Of a stretch of 64,000 nucleotides of DNA, positions 59,842 through 64,000 are shown piece by piece (the first letter of the stretch is position 1; each line of letters opens with the position of its first letter). This stretch comes from Candidatus Eiseniibacteriota bacterium (lineage in GTDB: Bacteria; Eisenbacteria; RBG-16-71-46). The notes below the pieces were generated by a model. It was not told the origin of the DNA, searched no databases, and saw nothing but the letters and a program-made list of their open reading frames with translations. A program made the translations under genes and the position numbers. The DNA lies in contig JBBRLX010000001.1 of assembly GCA_038231135.1 (NCBI GenBank), forward strand, positions 128,001 through 192,000, read 5' to 3'.

Positions 59842-61437
59842 TTACGGCTGCTTCGGCGCCCACACGAAGTTCGGCCGCGTGCGGTACCCGGTGATCGGCC
59901 AGAACAACTCGCCCTCGGTGTTCCCGAACATCTGTGCCGCGTGGTCGTAATAGGGCTCGGTCTCGTCCTTGAGCCAGCCGGTGTCGTCCAGGATCACGAG
60001 GTCATACCGGTGTTCGCGCAGCGCGGCACGCAGCGCGTCCATGAGCTTGCGATGCTGCGGAGTATCGCCGGGGCGCAGCACGTCGGTGAGCGAGAGTTCG
60101 TGCGCGTAGGACGTCTTGCCGGCCATCTCGGCGAGGTAGGGATGGCTCGGGATCCACACGTCGCCGGGCACGCGCCTCAGGCTCTCCACGAACTGCCGGC
60201 CCGCGACCAGGTCGGCGGCGGGCGGCAGTTGCCGCCACGGCTTGTAGGCGCACAGCGCGAACTGGACGAGGCACAGCACCACGACGAACCGCTCGAGCCC
60301 ACGGCCGCGGGCGGGAAGCGCGCCGGCGAAGTCGAGCAGCGCGCCGAGCCCCCAGCCGAGCGCGAGCGCCGCGGCGAAATGCGCGGGCATCAACAGATTC
60401 GTGAAGCCGCCCACGCGGATCCGGGTGGCGTACGCGGTGAGGATCAGGCTCGCGAGCAGCACGGCGTCGACGGCATCGCGCCGCCGGGTCTCGTGCCGCG
60501 TCACGCAGAACCGGAACAGGCCGATCGCGAGCGAGATCGCGAACGTGCCGAGCAGGTCCGACGTCCAGAAGCCGCGCAGCAGTTGCGGAATGATCGGATG
60601 GTGCCGGGGCAGCTCGAACACGTAGAACCGGTACCAGCCACCGGACGCGGCATCGAGCGCGAGCGATGCGCCGCCCGCGACGGCGGCGACCACCGCGGTG
60701 AACGCCACGCCGCGCTTCCAATCGGCAACGAGCAGCGCCAGGGCCACCGGCAGCGCGATGAACAGCGCCGACTGCTTGGTGAGCGCCGCGAGCGCGAACG
60801 CTAGCCCGCCGAGCGCGCCCGCGAGCCACGGGCGTTCCAGACGCACCAGCCAGACGCCGGCGGCCATGAACATCAGGTACATCGAATCCACGCGCGCGAG
60901 GTCGAGCCACGCGCCGCCTTCGCGATAGCTGGCCGCGAACAGGCAGGCGGCGAGCACGGCGGGCAGCGTGCGCCGGGTGTCGCCCCGGACGATCAGGAAC
61001 GTGAACGTGAGCACGCCGAGCGAGCACACGAACGACAACAGCCGCAGCGGCACGAACCCCACGCCCAGCAACTTCGATAGTGCGGCGCCGGCGTAGAAAT
61101 ACAACGGTGGGTAGGTGAATGGCGTGAACGCGAGCGATGGTTCCACGTAGAGCGGCTGGCCCGCGAGGATGCGATGGATGTGGCCGAGTGTGCCGCCTTC
61201 CATCCACTCCAGCTCGAACGGATAGCCCATGCGCATGATCGCGACGGCCATGTAGGCGATGGGGTAGAGCGCCGCGAGGGCGACGATCACGCCCCACAGC
61301 CGCGACGCGCCGCGGTCCGCAGGCGCCGCGGTGGTTGCGGACTGCGGGGCATCGCCGGGCGCCGCGCCCCGCGCGGGCGCGGCCGTAACCGGGGCCGAGT
61401 GCGCCTCGCGCGAGGGACCCTGCCGTGACTTCGCCAT
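59842..61437 (-). CDS. GT-C/ArnT-like membrane glycosyltransferase
   Basis: 'YPFELEWMEGG', 'YPPLYF', 'ARVDSM', 'LTKQ'; many TMs. Confidence 0.75.
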   Translation of the reverse strand: MAKSRQGPSREAHSAPVTAAPARGAAPGDAPQSATTAAPADRGASRLWGVIVALAALYPIAYMAVAIMRMGYPFELEWMEGGTLGHIHRILAGQPLYVEPSLAFTPFTYPPLYFYAGAALSKLLGVGFVPLRLLSFVCSLGVLTFTFLIVRGDTRRTLPAVLAACLFAASYREGGAWLDLARVDSMYLMFMAAGVWLVRLERPWLAGALGGLAFALAALTKQSALFIALPVALALLVADWKRGVAFTAVVAAVAGGASLALDAASGGWYRFYVFELPRHHPIIPQLLRGFWTSDLLGTFAISLAIGLFRFCVTRHETRRRDAVDAVLLASLILTAYATRIRVGGFTNLLMPAHFAAALALGWGLGALLDFAGALPARGRGLERFVVVLCLVQFALCAYKPWRQLPPAADLVAGRQFVESLRRVPGDVWIPSHPYLAEMAGKTSYAHELSLTDVLRPGDTPQHRKLMDALRAALREHRYDLVILDDTGWLKDETEPYYDHAAQMFGNTEGELFWPITGYRTRPNFVWAPKQP

Positions 61438-63050
61438 CAGCGCACCCGCATCCACACGGTGACCGGCCGCAGCGGCGCTCCCGACACCGGCATGAACGAT
61501 CGATCGGCGGGCGCGAACAATCGTTGTGCCGGCTGGTAGAGCCCGGCCAGGTGGGGCTCGAATGCGCCATTGTCGTCGAGCACCAGCGCGCCGAACCGGT
61601 GCGCCGCGAACGCGCCCGCGATCTCGTCCTGCAGCCGTGCGGCGGCCGCCTTGTTGGTGCCGCTCAATCCGGGCTCCGCTCGTAGCACGTCAATCACTGC
61701 CATCAGGTGGGCGTGAGGCTCGCGGCCGGCGAGGCGCGAGAGATAGCCGTGCGCGGGCACCCACACGTCACCGGGCAGGCCGCGCAGCGTTTCGACCACC
61801 GCGGCGCCGGCGCGCATGTCGGCACGCGACGGTACGAACCGCAGCGGATTGTACGCAAGCACCGCGAACTGCGCGAGCGCGAGCAGGTAAGCGACAGCGG
61901 GGGTGGGGAACGTGACGCGGCTCGGCGCCACGACCGTCGCGCCCGGCGCCGGCACGCGTGCGTTCGACCGCCGCGCCCCGCTCAGCGCCGCGAGCCCCCG
62001 CGCCCCGAGCACGGCCAGCGCCGCGTGCACCGGCATCAGCACGTTCTCGGCGCCGCCTTCGTGCAGCCGCCCGATCGCGGCGGCGAACAGGCCACCCACG
62101 CCGAGGCCCAGCGTCGCGACCGCGGTCCGCAGCGCATCGCCATCCGGGCGCGAGCCGGCGCCGCCGGACGCCGATGCGCGAATGACGCGCACGCAGTCCC
62201 GTGCGTCGACGAGCGCGAACGCGAGCGCGATTGGCAGCGCCATGAGCAGGTCGCGCCACCAGAAGCTCCAGCCGGCGGGGTCGAACGGGTGGGCACGCGG
62301 GATCGCGATCGTGTAGAACGTGAACCAGCCGTCACTCGCCCGGTCGAGCCACAGGGTCCCGAGCCCCACGCATACCAGCAGCGTCGCCACCAGCGCCACG
62401 CCGGCGCGCCGGTCGTTCATCACCGTGAGCACGATGAACGGCGCCACGATGATCGATGCCGATTGCTTCGTGAACACCGCGAGCGAGAACAGCAGGCCTG
62501 CGACGATGCCGCGCAGCACCGCGCCCCGTATCGCGAGGTACGCGACGAACGCCGCCAGTGCGAGCGCGAGCGACAACGCATCGACGTGGCCGAGGTCCAT
62601 CCACCCGCCGCTCCTCGCATACGTCGCGGCGAACAGGCCGGCTCCGACCCCGCCGGGCCAGCGCGCGGCGCCGCCGCGATTCGCGAGGCAGGCGATGCAC
62701 GCCAGGCTCGCGAGCGTGGCCGCGAGCGAGGTCAGCCGCAGCGCGACGAAGCCTTCACCCGCCAGCCGGGCCATCGCGGCGGCCGCGTGGAAATACAGCG
62801 GCGGGTAGAGGAACGGCACGTGGGCGATCGACGGCGCCGTGTAGAGCGGCGCGCCGTTCAGCACCCGGCGCACCACCTCGCGCATGCCGCCCTCGATCCA
62901 CTCCAGCTCGAATGGCGATCGGATGCGCGCGAGCGCGACTCCGGCGAACGCCAGCAGGGGCAGGGACGCGACCGCAGCGAGGACCCACGGCCCCCATGCG
63001 CCGGCCGGCGCCGCGCCGCGTGCCGCGCGGGAGCCCGCGTCCGTGGCCAC
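61437..63050 (-). CDS. GT-C/ArnT-like membrane glycosyltransferase, tandem paralogue
   Basis: 'SPFELEWIEGG', 'YPPLYF', 'GHVDAL', 'FTKQ'. Confidence 0.75.
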   Translation of the reverse strand: MATDAGSRAARGAAPAGAWGPWVLAAVASLPLLAFAGVALARIRSPFELEWIEGGMREVVRRVLNGAPLYTAPSIAHVPFLYPPLYFHAAAAMARLAGEGFVALRLTSLAATLASLACIACLANRGGAARWPGGVGAGLFAATYARSGGWMDLGHVDALSLALALAAFVAYLAIRGAVLRGIVAGLLFSLAVFTKQSASIIVAPFIVLTVMNDRRAGVALVATLLVCVGLGTLWLDRASDGWFTFYTIAIPRAHPFDPAGWSFWWRDLLMALPIALAFALVDARDCVRVIRASASGGAGSRPDGDALRTAVATLGLGVGGLFAAAIGRLHEGGAENVLMPVHAALAVLGARGLAALSGARRSNARVPAPGATVVAPSRVTFPTPAVAYLLALAQFAVLAYNPLRFVPSRADMRAGAAVVETLRGLPGDVWVPAHGYLSRLAGREPHAHLMAVIDVLRAEPGLSGTNKAAAARLQDEIAGAFAAHRFGALVLDDNGAFEPHLAGLYQPAQRLFAPADRSFMPVSGAPLRPVTVWMRVR

Positions 63051-63053
63051 GCT

Positions 63054-64000
63054 TCAGCCCGCCAGCAACCCGACGATGCGCGCACCGCTCGCGCCGTCGC
63101 CGAACGGATTCGCCCAGGTGCGCGGGCGCTCCAGCATGTCGCGCGCGGCGGCCACGATCCGCGCAGGATCGGCGCCGGCGAGCATGTTCGCGCCGATCGC
63201 GACCGACTCGGGGCGCTCGGTATTGTCGCGCAGCGTCACGCACGGCACGCGCAGGCAGCACGCCTCCTCCTGCAGGCCGCCCGAATCGGTGAGCGTGAGC
63301 GCGGCGCGTGCGTGGAGGCCCAGGAAGTCCAGATAGCCGAGCGGCGGCAGCCATCGCACGCCGTCGGCCGCGATGCGCAGCGCGTCCAACTGCTGCGCGG
63401 TGCGGGGATGGAGTGCCGCCAGCGCCGGCATGCCGAGTGCCGCGCACGCCTGCGACAGGCCCGCAAAGATCCCGCGCAGCCGGTCCTCGTGCTCGACGTT
63501 CTCGCTGCGGTGGACGGTGACGAGCAGGAACCGGCCGGCCTCGACGCCGAAGCGCTCGAAGCGCGTGGCTTCCATGGCGCGGGGTCGCTGGCGTTCGAGC
63601 TCGTCCACCACCGTGTTGCCGGTGACGTGAATGCGATCCGCGGCGATGCCCTCGCCGAGCAGGATGTCCCGCGCGTGCGACGTGGGCGCATACAGATGAT
63701 CGGACAGGTGATCGGTGATGACGCGGTTGAGCTCTTCGGGCATCGTGCGATCGTACGAGCGCAGCCCGGCCTCGACGTGGCCGACCCGCACGCCGAGCTT
63801 GTTCGCCGCGAGCGCCGCGGCCATCACCGAGTTGGTGTCGCCCTCGACCAGCACCACGTCGGGCGCGTGCTCCAGCAGCGCCAGCTCCATGCCGGTCATG
63901 ATGCCGGCGAGCTGCCGCACGGCGCCGAGCGAGCCCACTTCGAGATTCACGTGCGGCGCCGGCAGCTCCAGCTCCTCGAAGAACAGCCCGTCCATCTCGA
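63054..64000 (-). CDS. wecB: Non-hydrolysing UDP-GlcNAc 2-epimerase, 5'-truncated by window edge
   Basis: 'EGDTNS', 'GHVEAGLRS', 'MPEELNR', 'TDSGGLQEEA', 'TERPE', 'FGDG'. Confidence 0.92.
   Translation of the reverse strand, partial: EMDGLFFEELELPAPHVNLEVGSLGAVRQLAGIMTGMELALLEHAPDVVLVEGDTNSVMAAALAANKLGVRVGHVEAGLRSYDRTMPEELNRVITDHLSDHLYAPTSHARDILLGEGIAADRIHVTGNTVVDELERQRPRAMEATRFERFGVEAGRFLLVTVHRSENVEHEDRLRGIFAGLSQACAALGMPALAALHPRTAQQLDALRIAADGVRWLPPLGYLDFLGLHARAALTLTDSGGLQEEACCLRVPCVTLRDNTERPESVAIGANMLAGADPARIVAAARDMLERPRTWANPFGDGASGARIVGLLAG

Overview
Very GC-rich bacterial window, probably from a diderm; a Candidatus Eisenbacteria/FCB-like lineage is a guess, not shown by the sequence. Left to right: the end of a glycosylation locus (GNAT, two GT4, GT-C); a dcw cluster (mraZ to ftsZ) with a 10-bp-periodic MraZ operator and an unexpected STAS gene; TPR protein, rpmB, DoxX, recG and a zinc-ribbon protein; a PatA/PimA-like acyltransferase-glycosyltransferase-MFS operon; an orphan long-tailed MglA GTPase; an orphan trpA; a ~12 kb signalling cluster; envelope genes; valS; a small compositionally atypical segment (IPTL-CTERM protein, gene remnant, CLC-CBS, PadR); two tandem GT-C paralogues; and wecB, cut by the window edge. 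The best candidate for an undescribed system is the cluster at ~34.2-46.2 kb. It holds the regulatory parts of a flagellar hierarchy (PAS kinase, sigma54 activator, a sigma54 promoter, FlhG, sigma28, CsrA, a C-terminal-only FlgM-like protein) but no flagellar structural, export, flhF or fliW gene in the window. It adds a receiver plus sigma-region-4-only pair, a DHp-only protein, a degenerate GGDEF with an intact I-site, a hybrid kinase and a divergent PDZ-membrane-PP2C phosphatase. Sigma28-type promoters precede csrA-flgM and mglA, suggesting a cascade rewired to polarity or development. All family calls are by-eye motif recognition; no database search was run.
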